Assembly (NCBI GenBank): GCA_951406725.2
Contig: OX597816.1
Location: 155,496,001 to 155,560,000 of the forward strand
Length of the DNA: 64,000 nt
DNA from: Octopus vulgaris
Taxonomy: Eukaryota
Direction of reading: 5' to 3'
Part shown: in pieces, positions 51,474-64,000 of the stretch
Position numbering within the stretch: position 1 is the stretch's first letter
Layout: every line of letters starts with the position of its first letter
The notes under the pieces: generated by a model
What the model saw: only the letters and a program-made list of their open reading frames with translations
Databases searched by the model: none
Told to the model about the DNA's origin: nothing
Position numbers and translations under genes: made by a program

Positions 51474-53129
51474 GGATAAACAAAAATGTTTTGTCTCTTT
51501 CATACTCCCTTGGTTATCGACCGGCAAATGTGGGTGAAGTACAATTGCAGAAGATTGTAAATAAAGCTATGAACAAAAAAGATTTGGTGGAATGCTTGGT
51601 GGATAAAGAAAAATGCACCCAGATATTAAGTTACCATTTCTTTATAATTCATTTTAATGTTTTAGTCATAAAAATGTCACATTTTTGTGACACTGAGCTC
51701 AACTTTATCTTTTGAAATGGAAAGTCAACAAACATTGTTGGTTTAGACTTTTTACGTGTGTTTGCATATCGTATTTATAAAGCTAGCGTTGATGAAGATT
51801 TATTTAATCTACAAACCTTTAGAAAATAATGTAAAACTTAATATATGGAAAAATATAATTTCGTAATGACTTGTTCACAAATATTTACTCTGATAGAACT
51901 GCAGCTATGAAAAGGAAAATTTCTGATTGTGTTGCTTGAGTAAAAAGGAAACAAGAATGTTGAAAGTAATCACTATTGTCACTATCGTCAAGTACCAGCA
52001 GTAATCTAAAATTTATATGACCCGATGAAGTAACACTAGTCGGTTCTAATAAATGAAGACCACTAAACGTGGGTGTCTTCAGTCTATTATGTAAATAATA
52101 TGGAGAAGTTGCTTGCAAGTTTAAAAAAACAACGTCAGTTATCGGGTAGAAAGCGTTGAAGCATACTTTCAAGAAGTTCCTTTTGAAATTTAAGTATTGA
52201 ATGAGGGGGTGGGAAAAGAGATATATCATTCTTATAAAGTTAAACGTGCAACGCAGAGAACTTTGGACTTCAAAACCAGTTCAAATTAAAGGTCTTAAGC
52301 AAAATTTCAAAGATAATTATGTTGCTAAGCATGATATCTAGAGTTTTGAAAAACTTCAATTGACAAAATACAAAAGAGTGAAATTTACGGTATTTATCTG
52401 ATATGTATAAATCAATAACAGAATCAGTTTGGCTTAAAGTGGAAGCCAACTTTGATTGAAAACTTCTCTCTAGATTCATTATACTTAAGTAATCATTTGC
52501 GGGAAGAAAACAAAATATCAAATTGACACCGCAACAGATCTTCTTTCTTTATCTTTCTTTTATCGTCGATTTGTTTTTCCGTCACTGGATTGCGGTCATG
52601 CTGGGGCACCACCTTGAAGGGTTTTAGTCGAACAAATTAACACCAGTACGTACTTTTTAAAAAAATCTTATGCTTATTCTGTTGGTCTTTTTTGTCGAAC
52701 CTGAACATTAGGAGGACGTAAACAAAACAGCATTAGTTGACAAGCTTTTGTGGGGAAACAAACACGGACACACACACACACACACACACACGATGGGCTT
52801 CCACACAGTTTCTTATTTCTTTATTGCCCACAAGGGGCTAAACATAGAGGGAACAAACAAGGACAGGCAAACGGATTAAATCGATTATATTTGACACGAT
52901 TTTAAAATTAAATGTGCGTGTGTGTGTATGTGTGTGTGTGTGTGGGGGGGGGAGCAATGAGAAACAAGCAGAAAAACATTTATATCCCCAACGTTTTGTT
53001 TATTTTTATAAATTTCTTTTCAAGTTGTGTACCAATACGTGTATTATCACTCGTCAGTTTCGAACGTGCTACAAAAAATTTTTGCGAGCACATTTTCTTT
53101 TCGTTTGAGCTATTAACGTTCATGTAAAA

Positions 53130-53455
53130 TGAACTGGTACTTATTTAATCGACCCTGAAAGGATGAATGGCAAAGTCGACCTCGGCGGAATTTGAACTCA
53201 GAACGTAACGGCAGACGAAATACCTATTTCTTTATTACCCACAGGGGGCTAAACACAGAGAGAACAAACAAAGACAGACATAGGTATTAAGTCGATTATA
53301 TCGACCCCAGTGCGTAACTGGTACTTAATTTATCGACCCCGAAAGGATAAAAGGCAAAGTCGACCTCGGCGGAATTTGAACTCAGAATGTAACGGCAGAC
53401 GAAATACCGCTAAGCATTTCGCCCAGCGTGCTAAGGTTTCTGCCAGCTCGCCGCT
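53130..53455 (-). mobile_element. SINE family A, tandem/dimeric arrangement
   Basis: Two successive family A bodies joined at GAAATACC; the same architecture recurs at 60428-60718. Confidence 0.85.
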
Positions 53456-54379
53456 TCCACACGATTTCTGTCTACAAAATTCCTTGACAATGTATTGGTC
53501 GACCCAGAACTATAGTAGAAGATATTTTCCAAAGGTGTCGTGCTATGGGACTTAATCCGAAGCCATGTGATTGCAAATCAGGCTTCTTAAGTGTACAGCC
53601 ATACCTCAGAATCCCTTCTGACTAAGGCACAAAACAATACCAAAAATATATATACCCTTCAAATACAGCAGACAATGTCAAACATATGTGATAGGGTATA
53701 TTTCACCTATTAAAACTACACAAACCACACATAAAACTTAGTATATGAAACATATGTACACAAATTATAGAATAGAACGGGCGTAGGCAATTATTTGTCG
53801 AAAAGTAGGCCGCTTGAGAAATGGCTCACCATCAGGCTTTTTTCCTCTTGAAATTAGGTGTGCCATTCAGAAAGACCCGCAGGTCGCAGTTTGCCCATGA
53901 TTGGAATAGATGAATATACCGAAATACGCACAAGACAAGGCTCAAAAAGTGACAGACCATAAGCTAACATGCACATTCTAAGAAGCTACTAAATTTTAAG
54001 ACCGTTTCAGAGTAACAAATTACAAAAATTTTAATACGTGAACAAGTACTGATCAATGTGATATATAATTTCGATTGAAATCGCAAATAACAAGACAAGT
54101 CATTCAGTTCTGTCTTTAAAAGTTATTACTTTGTAACCAGGGAAGACAGGAGAAATCATAGATTTACTGCTATTAAACACACTATTCTAGATTTACTAAA
54201 AGTCTTGTGCTCCCGGTTTCTGAGAAGCAATACGAATTATTGTCTCCTCCGTTTACTGAGATTTGGCGTCTGAAAAACTTTGCAGCTGATGTGAAAAGAT
54301 GTGTATTTTCTAAAGAGCAATCTCGACAATAACGATGAAAATCACAGTGGCAAACGAAATATATACCGCCGGAAGTTGT

Positions 54380-54609
54380 TGACAAACAACGGCAGTAAAT
54401 TTATTCTGCTGAATACACGACATTTATTGGTTGAAAACACCGAAATACGACAACTTTAAAATGAACTAACTTCGTAAATATAAACTTTTCTCAAAAACGC
54501 TAAGGATAAAAGATATTTTATATGACACATTCTACCAGTATACGAAGTTTGAAAGTGTTTAGTTACAAAAAATTATTTTATAAGTCTGCCAGTCAAAAGG
54601 TAAAGATCC
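54380..54609. mobile_element. Single TIR arm related to the 58814-59242 MITE
   Basis: ACACATTCTACCAGTATACGAAGTTTGAAAGTGTTTAGTTAC...AAAGATCC matches the right arm of that element. Confidence 0.7.
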
Positions 54610-54889
54610 GTTAAACTCTCTCCTTTCACCGAGCGTCAAGCTAAAATACATCTTGTGCACGTTCTCACGTTCGTTTTTTCTTTTTTTTTTTCATTTTTTT
54701 ATCCGTTTATTTGAATTGACTATATAAATAATGTTTATCGCAACATCATTATGGCTGTTCAACGTTTTTAACCCCATGAGGAGCCTCCTCCAGCTGCCTA
54801 TCGATGCAATATGCTCCCAGTGTATACTGCAAGAAGAGAAGCAAACTCCAACCATTATCCAGCAGACGACGGGATCATCAGACCAAACA

Positions 54890-55384
54890 TCATTATCATC
54901 ATTGTTCGACCTTGGTCGAGACAATGGATTTTACCATGCTACGCCAGACTTCACTGTCCATCATGGCATTACAGAGGTCCTGTTGTTGGATGCCTGTATC
55001 CCTGGAGATTATATCAGGGTAGGAGAGTGTGCGCCCTCTGGTATCGTGAGTAGATGGCTTCCAGAGGAGAAGAGTAGAAATTGCCTCGTTTTCAGCTCTA
55101 CAACAATGTCCAGCAAACTGGACTCTCCTACCTTTCACAAGAGATGACACAGGTGGTAGTTTCCCATATATTTGCATTTTGGTTATCATCATCTGGAAAA
55201 GATGTTCTAACTAGAAAGGGTATGGCCTGGTCAGCCTGTAATGATATGCATAAGATCTGTCATCAAATTTAAGTAGAGACTTCAAACTTGAAACTTTCAA
55301 AGCCACAGTCGAACCAATTCTACTATATGGCTCAGAAACCTGGACGTTATCAAAGAAGCTTGAGGGGCGGTTGGATGGAACCTA
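54890..55384 (-). mobile_element. 5'-inverted RTE-type LINE insertion with 11-bp TSD
   Basis: Minus strand 55183-54890 encodes the ORF2 C-terminus (RRVQFAGHCCR...VEQ*) ending in a TGA tail; plus strand 55184-55384 encodes the upstream part (ATVEPILLYGSETWTLSKKLEGRLDGTY); CAGACCAAACA at 54879-54889 and 55385-55395. Confidence 0.88.
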
Positions 55385-55936
55385 CAGACCAAACAGTTTC
55401 AGGCTATCTGTGTCCATCGTCGACTGGTGCACACCCGGCCGCTAGAGATAGCAGTAATTTGCTGCAGTTCGCAATATATAGAAAACCAAGCGACAATCAG
55501 TCACTGATCTTACAACAAGCAGAGCAGCTGGTTGGAAAATCTCTATAAAATTTGAAAGGGTGCAGAGGCTCTTCCTGGGGTTAAAAACTGTGTTAACGTC
55601 GAACAAACATATTGATTTGGTGGTAAATATTATTTCTCAGTATAGTTATCCATATTTCTAAGCACTGCAACACCTATGGATGAAGTGTGTTGACCGCAAA
55701 GGGGACAATATTGGAAAATAAACCTCATTTGGTTAGATTCCATGGGAGTATCATGGTTAGTATAAAAACTCTTGTGTGCACGCGCACGTGTGTGTATGTA
55801 TGCATACATATGTGTATTTATATATGTATGTACGCATGTATGTATGTTTGTATGAATCTACAGGCTAGAAATGGTTAAGTAAATTATTTATTTTATTTGA
55901 TAGAAAACAGAGTTAAAATGTCAAAGCAAACACACC

Positions 55937-55971
<35 letters not shown>

Positions 55972-56578
55972 TGTGTGTGCATAATGTCAATGATAATGCC
56001 ATGAAATGATAATGGTCATCATTCTAGACAGATATCTACTTCAAAACTGTTAGCATTTTCAATGGCTTTACTCATTTTATTAAACAAATATCTTGATATC
56101 TTATGTCTGTGAATACCATACAAGATAATTCGTCTGTCTTTACGTTCTCTTTTCAAATTCCAACGAGGACGACTTTGCCTTTCATCCTTTCGGGATCGAT
56201 GAATTAAGTACCTGTTGCATACTGGGATCGATCTAATCGACTGGCCACCTCCCCCAAAATTTCGGGCCTGGTGCCAAAAGTAGAAAAGAATACCATACAG
56301 GAAAATCAAATATCTACTAACCTAAGTCTGACTTACTATTTTGATTTGATCGTTGTAGCATTTTCGCTACATTATTAAGAGAGATGTAAAAAAAACTACT
56401 ACGATAGTCTTTTTCTTAGAATTCACAAATTTGTCATTATGTAAGTGTAATACTGCCACAAGTTGAAGAGTTAAAATATTCTTTTTACTGTAATACATAC
56501 CAATAATAAGATTGCTAAGCTGCAACAGGTAACCTAATTATAACTGAAGATGGATGTTTCGGAAGCATAGTTACCATA

Positions 56579-57190
56579 GGTGCTGGCGTGGCTGTGTGGT
56601 AAGATGGTTGCTTCCCAACCACATGGTTCTTGCTTCAGTCCCATTGCGTGGCACCTCAGGCAAGTATCGTCTACTTTAGCATCGGACCGGCTAACGCCTT
56701 GTGAGTGGATGAGCGGATTTGCTAAGCGGAAACTGAAAGAAGACCTTCGTAATATATATATATATGTATATGTTTGTGTGCCCTTGTTTGTCCCCCCCCC
56801 ACACACACACACCACCATCGCTTGACAACCGATGTTGGTGTGTTTACGTCCACATATCTTAACGGTTCAGCAAAAGAGAACGATAGAATAAGTATTTGGC
56901 TTACAAAAAATAAGTCCTGGAGGTCGATTTGTTCGACTAAAGGCGGTGCCCCAGCATGGCCGCAGTCAAGAAACTGAAACCAATATTTGTGTCTGTGTTT
57001 GTCCCCGACCACGCCCGACTACCGGTGTTGATGTGTTTACGTCCTCGTAACTTTGCAGTTCAGTAAAAGAAACCGATGGAATAAGTACGAGGTTTTAAAA
57101 AAATGTTCTGGAGTTGATTCATTTGACTAAAAATTCTGGAAGACAGTGTCCCAGCACGGCCGCAGTCTCATGACTGAAACAAGTAAAAGA
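56579..57190 (+). mobile_element. SINE family B plus a second 3' half
   Basis: GGCGTGGCTGTGTGGTAAG head and body to ~56980, then a second diverged 3' half ending GAAACAAGTAAAAGA. Confidence 0.85.
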
Positions 57191-57705
57191 TAAAAGGAAG
57201 ATAAAATGTTCAGGGAGATAACATTTCTGCGAACAATTAAAGGTTTATCTCTCCGAGTAATGGACGAGTTGTACAATGCTTTGGTACCAAATATGATGGT
57301 GCATTGTAGTGATACAACAATTTTGAATGCGGAATATATGTGACAGAAAGGAATGAAGAACGCGTGCTCTACGGGTTGCATAATGTCAGTATCTGTTAAC
57401 AAGGGAGCATAATTGAGTTAGGACAAAACTAGATATGAGAAGAACTGGCTGCAGTGTGAAAGAGAAAACAACTCTACTACGTGTATGCGATACGTGTTGG
57501 GGGATATTAGTTTTATAAATATTTGCTGAATTGCTGAAAAGAGTGATATCAAGAGACATGCTCAAAGTGGAGAAGCTTCAGGTTTTGTAATAGTTACCCA
57601 TAAATATTCTCCTCGCTGATTTTGAAAGAGATATTCTCAACTGCAAGCAGCTGACTTGTATTCCTACATCTGGCTTTTCTTATTGCTCCAGATATCTGCC
57701 AGACC

Positions 57706-57872
57706 CAGGGTCGGCCCTTGGATTGCTGGCGTCCTGAGCAAGCTGAACTTCAGCTTGGACAAGCTGACGGTCATGGAAATTTTCTTGTCTTTGTCACGCC
57801 CTCTTTGGTGCCCCTTAGCACATGGCGCTCCGGGCAACTGCCCAAGTTGCCAGTATCTTCAAGCCGGCCCTG
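57706..57872. mobile_element. hAT-type MITE
   Basis: TIRs CAGGGTCGGC / GCCGGCCCTG; imperfect 8-bp flanks GCCAGACC/GTCAAACC. Confidence 0.65.
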
Positions 57873-57942
57873 GTCAAACCTATTAAGTTTGTCCTTGGTA
57901 TCCATTTTGATAGGAATGTTCTACAAGTATTCTTTGTATTGG

Positions 57943-57976
<34 letters not shown>

Positions 57977-58194
57977 TGTACGCACAAATACACATATACA
58001 TATATGCACGCAACCCTGCACGCGCACAAAAATCTCTTGGTGTATACATATAGAAGTCAGTTATAACAGACAAGAGAGATAGGAAGTATATCTTAAACGT
58101 AGAGAGGGGGAAAGAAAAAGAAAAGAACCCCAAATGTAACATGAAACTCTGAGTAACAGCTTTTGTTATATTTCTGCTGCTTTTAAATAAAGTA

Positions 58195-58411
<217 letters not shown>

Positions 58412-58813
58412 AAAGAGAATACCTATGCTGAACTATTGAGAAACCTGCAGTTACTCTATCCAGATTACAAGTTCAGGTTTATACCTGTAATTATTGGGGC
58501 CCTGATATATGTAACACACTGCCTAAATACTAATCGTGAGAAATTAGGCTTCTGAAAACTAGAAAGGAGAAAGCTGATTCGAAAACTACAGATCCATTCC
58601 CTCACTGGAATTGTAAAAGTCTGTAAAACTTTCCAGAAGTTTATAATTTAAATATATATGAGCAAGTCTAGATATGCAACTATATGCATGAAAATACATA
58701 CATAAAACATACAAATTTGCACATACATACATACATACATACATACATACATACATACATACATACATACATACATACATACATACATACCCTGTTGTTG
58801 ATGTTGAAATTCT

Positions 58814-59242
58814 GGATCTTTTCGCTTTGACCGGCAGATTTTTTTAATAATTTCTTTGTAACTAAACACTTTTAAACTTCGTATACTGGTAGAATGTGTT
58901 TATAAAACATCTTTTTCTCCTGGCTTTCTTGAGAAAAGTCTGTAGTTTGTAAGCTATTTGTTGTTTAATTTCTTGCATTTCGGCAATTTCCACCAATCAG
59001 TGACGACTATTGAGGTGAATATCCGGAGAGATTGTATTCACCTCAATAGACGTCATTGATTGGTTGAAATTGCCGAAATGCAAGAAATTAAACAACAAAT
59101 AGCTTACAAACTACAGAATTTTCTCAAGAAAGCCAAGAGAAAAAGATGTTTTATAAACACATTCTACCAATATACGAAGATTAAAAGTGTTTAGTTAGAA
59201 AGAAATTATTTTAAATATCTGCCGGTCAAAGCGAAAAAATTC
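58814..59242. mobile_element. Fold-back MITE with ~208-bp arms and 8-bp TSD
   Basis: Arms 58814-59021 and 59035-59242, 13-bp spacer, TSD GAAATTCT (58806-58813 and 59243-59250); GG terminus with an 8-bp TSD suggests Merlin-like origin (inference). Confidence 0.9.
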
Positions 59243-60427
59243 GAAATTCTTTCTCTATTGGCAAGAAATCTTGAAATAATCTGAATGATGACACACACAC
59301 ACATTCATGTACGTTTAACTTGGAAAATTGTTAAAATTTACTCCATTTTCTGTACGGACACAATTACACGTCTATATCATATATTACAATTTCTTTAAAC
59401 GCTGAATTCTCTAATCAGAGATTTTTAAATGCGGGAGAACACCTGTTGCTATTTTATGTATCTGTTTCTTTATCGATTTATTTTAGTCTGTATTTGCTTT
59501 CTTGCTTTATGTATTATTTCCACAATTTCCCTTTACTTTTATAAAATCCCAAACATGACGGCGACTCGAACACTACCGGAGTTGCCAATCTTCGTGATTT
59601 GTAATATATATTTATTATCTTATGATTAGGTGCACTGATTGCTATGTTCTGTTTTACTTTATGAACGGTTTGTTTGCTTCTACTTAAGCACTGTCCTTTT
59701 GTGAATACTGTATTGTTCTATTGCTTTACCTCCTAACTTGTTTCAATATCCGCAATTCACTAATGCTTGCTTTATTCTATTAATTTCAATTGCTGAGTTC
59801 TTGTGTAAAAGAATCTAAATGCTCTTTTGTGAATGGATTTTATATCTTCTACGTGAGTCATTATCGCTGCACATATCAGTACCTTTTATATAAACGGGTG
59901 CGAAATATTTGTGGCTGTTCTTGACATTGTTTAGCTCCGGGTCAGTTCTGAATGACGTTACCAAATGTAACTTTATCTAATGCGTCTTTCCATTTTTTTT
60001 TTTTTTTTAAGTAATAGGATATAATTTGAGAAACATGTTTCAAATATTTCTTGCAGGTCAAACCATTTATTTTTTCTTTCTTTATACAGCAATTGCTTTT
60101 ATTTCTATAACATATCAAAATAGTATTGTTGTGTCATTTGGAAATTTTTGCAGAAGCTGCTACGTATATTAAATCTAAGAATAATTGTTTTCCCGATTTT
60201 TCGTTAACTTCTTGATCCCCTTGGATGTGTCCATTATCATAAATATATTTGATGTTACTTCTCACAAGCGTTACTTTGTGGTTAGGAAGATTCTATTGCA
60301 GCTATGTGACTTTGGGTTCAGTCGCATTGCACGACGCTTCAGGCAGGTGACTTCTACTATAGCCCCAAACCGACCAATGGTCAAATTTTTGCTTTTTGCC
60401 AAATAAACACACACACTATATATTCTA

Positions 60428-60718
60428 TTCTACTTTAGACACAAAGCCCGAAAGTTTTGGAGAGGAAGACAGTCGATTAGATTGACTCCAGTACACAACT
60501 GGTACTTAATTTATCGACCTCGAAAAGATGAAAGGTAAAGTCGACCTTGGAGGAATTTGAACTCAGAACGTAAAGACAGGCGAAATACCTATTTCTTTAC
60601 TACCCAAAAGGGGCTAAACACAGAGAGGACAAACAAAGACAGACAAACGGATTAAGGCGATTATATCGACCCCAGTGCGTAACTGGTACTTATTTAATCG
60701 ACCCCGAAAGGATGAAAT
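60428..60718 (-). mobile_element. SINE family A, tandem arrangement
   Basis: Two family A bodies, as at 53130-53455. Confidence 0.8.
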
Positions 60719-60744
60719 ATATATATATAATAATAATAATAATA

Positions 60745-60789
<45 letters not shown>

Positions 60790-62891
60790 TATATATTTAA
60801 TAGAAAGAACTTATACATTAATTCCTATTTTTGTAAGCAGTTGTATCCGTAAAAAATGTTATTTGCAGAGAGCAGAAATTGAAAGAAGATATATGAAATG
60901 GACGTGTGTGTATTTGTGTGTGAATGGGTATGCGTGTGCGTGCGTGTGTGTGCGCCTGCGTGCTTGCACGTGTGTATGTGAGAGAGAGAAAGTGGTTGAG
61001 AAACAGAGATAGAGTGAGTAAGTGAAGATGTGTGCCGTGATGATTGAAATCATTTAAGGTACACACGCATACATAGAAAATGTGAGGTCATAGTATAACA
61101 TTTTTACGATAGTTAATTTATGGAAAATTTTGTTAAATTTTTGAAATGCAAATATGTGAAGGAAAATTAAGTTCAGACCTCTACATGGTAGCTAGACCTG
61201 GTAGAAATAGCAGCCAAATCTCTCTCAAAACACCCTACCGTCTTAATCTGACAATTCTGCCTATTATGTAGTTTGAATAAGAAACTGTAGCAAAAGATTA
61301 AGATTATTAACTCCACAAAGAGGTGAAAGAAGAGAGACAGCATAGCGAAAGTTTTGGCTGACTGTCATCCTGTACTCCCCTTGTTGCTAGCGAAATGGTA
61401 TATGCCGGCTGTGTGAGCAACTGGTTGTTTTAATGGCAGAACAAACAGAGGAATTTCATTAGAAAAAAGTTTTAATCGATTTATTTTTAATCGATTTATT
61501 TTTAATCGATTTATTTTTAATCGTTTTATTTTCGTCTTTATTTTTATTTCGCATTTGTTTATACGCAATTCTTTATTCGTAATTTTTACTCGTATTTTTT
61601 ACTCTTTAAAATTTTTTTCCTTGAATGTTTCTTTTCCTTAAATGTTTTTCCCTTAAATGTTTTTTTTTTTCTTAAATGGTTATTCCTCGAGTTTTTATTC
61701 CTTAAATTTTTAGTATTCAGTTATTATTTTTAGTTATTATTTGTATTTCTATCCATTTGTACATATTTAAGATATAGAATATCATGGAAGTATATAAAAG
61801 GTAGGGGTAGGGGAAAATGTTGAGGAATCCTGACCTGAAGATTGGGAGTATGTCGACCCGAGAAAGTATTGAAACTGGATACCTCGTATCTAATCAATAC
61901 CGACGTACTTTCATGAAACACGTGCAGTCTTATAAACGGAAAATACAGGATTCAGAATAGAAATAGTATAAGATTTAATTTTTAATTTTTTATGGAATGG
62001 TGGGTATAAAGCTTTTCAGTGTTGGTTGAGTTTAAGGTGGTTCTGTCTCTAATATTTTATATATATACGAATTAAACATTGAGAGATGTTCATTTTAGTA
62101 AATCTAATTTGAATGTCTTTTTCCTGTGTACTTGGAAGTAATATTCCCTAATAATATATATAAATCAGAAACAATCTGTCCGTGACTCTTTCAAACCTTT
62201 TTTTCAAACTTTTTTCACCTTTTTTCTTCTTCTTCACCTTTCTTCTTCTACCTCCATTTTCCCACTTGTGTTGCCACCACCTACACCTACACAAACTTTC
62301 ACCACTTCTCACACCGACACATATACATACACACAACATATACCTCCACGCACACATACACATACGTACACACATATAAGCACAGACACACACATACATA
62401 CGCACACTCTCACACAATCATACACACGTATATATACACACACACGCACGTACAAGCACACATGCACACATACACTAAGTCTAAGCACAGTTACTCGCCA
62501 TACACACAAAAAAACGCACACGTACACACACACATACTACAAAACACACACACGATACATATACACGCACACACACATACCTCCCTGTTTCTGATCTGCC
62601 TTTCTGACTTGCTAGGGTACCCCCACCCATTCCTTAATTCCCTACTGCTTGCTACTAGCCCTCGTCCACCATACACACACATACACACACACACGCACAC
62701 ACTCACACACACGCACCCTTGTCATCTCGCACACCTTTTTTACCATTCATTCTCTGATTCAGCTCTTTTGTTTTTAAAAAACACTTTTCCTTCCTTTTGA
62801 CCACTTCCGTTTTTTAGTATGTGACCTCGTGTAGACTACCTGCTATTTTTTTTCCTCTGTCCTCCCGTCTCGGGATGTTTCTTTCTCCTAT

Positions 62892-62926
62892 GTTTCCGAC
62901 GAAGAGCTCCGCTCGAAACGTCAAAC
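62892..62926 (+). ncRNA. Minimal hammerhead-ribozyme-like motif of Penelope pLTR type (core mutated)
   Basis: GTTT-CCGACGA-A-GAGC-TCC-GCTC-GAAACGTC-AAAC: stem I GTTT/AAAC, stem II GAGC/GCTC, palindromic ACGT stem III; CUGA reads CCGA. Confidence 0.55.
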
Positions 62927-63049
62927 CCTCCTTCTTTCCTGAGCGTCCAATAATACTTTATTTGTTCCACATCCTTGCGTTGTTGTTTTTTTGTTTTCTT
63001 GTTTGGATTAACTTTATATATATATATATATATATATACACGTCTTCAT

Positions 63050-63550
63050 AGCAGCCTACTAACAAATCTACCTGTGTATATATAAACTGTGGGTATTGGG
63101 GTATCACTACCTTCTACGTATATTTCCTATTTAGTACTGGGAATGTTTCATTTATGAGGACGTACTCCTGTATTTGTCTGAGTGTTGGGTCCTTCGGTTG
63201 CTTGGATAAAATGCGGATGTCAAGTCGACCCAGTATGCCTCCATGTTGGTCTTCAGCATATTGGTAGAGTACGGAGGACTATTTTTTGTCGTCATATTGT
63301 CTCAAAGGTACTTTTAGTCTCTCCGTAAAGCTTCTAGATGTTTCACCAATAAATGTCATATTCTTATTTTTACAAGCACCCTCTATGTACCTTCTGCTGT
63401 AGACTTCATTTCTAGTTCTACAGTTAATGCCAGTTAATCTTACATACCATGCAGTTCTCATTGGTGTATGTGGTATCCTCAGAGGACTACGTCCTGCATA
63501 ATTATGATCTGATGGAGCTCCTTGGCTTTTCAACGATGTTAATGTTGCGG
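63050..63550 (-). mobile_element. Penelope-like GIY-YIG endonuclease remnant
   Basis: NEVY...C...FIGETSRSFTERLK resembles the GIY-YIG signature. Confidence 0.65.
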
Positions 63551-64000
63551 TTGCACTCCTTCAGAGCTTTCCTAAATTCTCCATTTCTCCATGGGCTGTG
63601 GCCTCTACAAACATCACTCCGTGATATTTGTCGGCCTTGTACCATGTGTTCACCCTGTTTGCTTCGTCACAAACTCTCTGTATCCTATTCTAGTTTTTAC
63701 TTCCGTATCTGGGGCAGATAACACTGGCTGCATTACATATAATGCTATCTGACTTCTTCCTTTCTCCCATGTATGCCTGAACCCTATCTTTCTGGCCATA
63801 TCCAATACATATAGTAGCAACAGCATTACCTTTAATTCGATATATATATGTATATATATATATATATAATAGAAATATTAAAATTACTAAGTCTCTCTCT
63901 AAAGGAGATTACGGCAGCGTTACTGGAAATTAATAGTTATCGCCATACTAATATGGCAGTCTTATAAATATAAGACTAAAGCTGTCGCTGATTAGCTCCA

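Noticed and set aside
51700-52520. Unique-looking DNA with 114-aa and 83-aa ORFs
   Set aside because: No recognisable motifs or splice-site framing
61470-61530. 15-bp tandem repeat TTTAATCGATTTATT x3-4
   Set aside because: Ordinary short slippage repeat

Overview
Repeat-dense, AT-rich animal genomic DNA. The SINE, RTE and microsatellite content resembles an octopod cephalopod such as Octopus; this is an inference, not a database match. The ORF track misses the one host gene, which I reconstructed from splice sites. It is a 5-exon minus-strand gene spanning ~31.5 kb (CDS 39596-39525, 35280-35247, 27264-27196, 11845-11628, 8113-8087; 420 nt). It encodes a 139-aa protein: MFENLSLAYGAFPLIFLNFATIVKAAITCGTFTCTGNAYCCGVDNNTCCFYRPIYRIWWFWFVWFLIFLGIISCSYLCYQRRYKNKRIVHATRIYGLPPNQPGAYVVGPYQAYNVAGQPGINPVAPPPYKMHAPPYTPN*. 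The layout is signal peptide, C-C-CC-CC ectodomain, one TM helix and a PY-motif tail, typical of the WBP1/VOPP1/Shisa-like superfamily. The rest is mostly mobile DNA: Penelope-like elements, RTE and CR1 LINE remnants, tRNA-SINEs, mariner/Tc1 remnants, hAT- and piggyBac-type MITEs, fold-back MITEs and two Helitrons. The most unusual items are: a mariner carrying a ~600-bp captured coding-like fragment; a 5'-inverted RTE-type insertion with an 11-bp TSD; a spacerless 232-bp palindrome at a Helitron breakpoint; repeated putative pseudoknots in the RTE 3' UTR; a SINE-derived minisatellite; and a CpG-depletion boundary near the gene's 5' end. Most TE boundaries are approximate.
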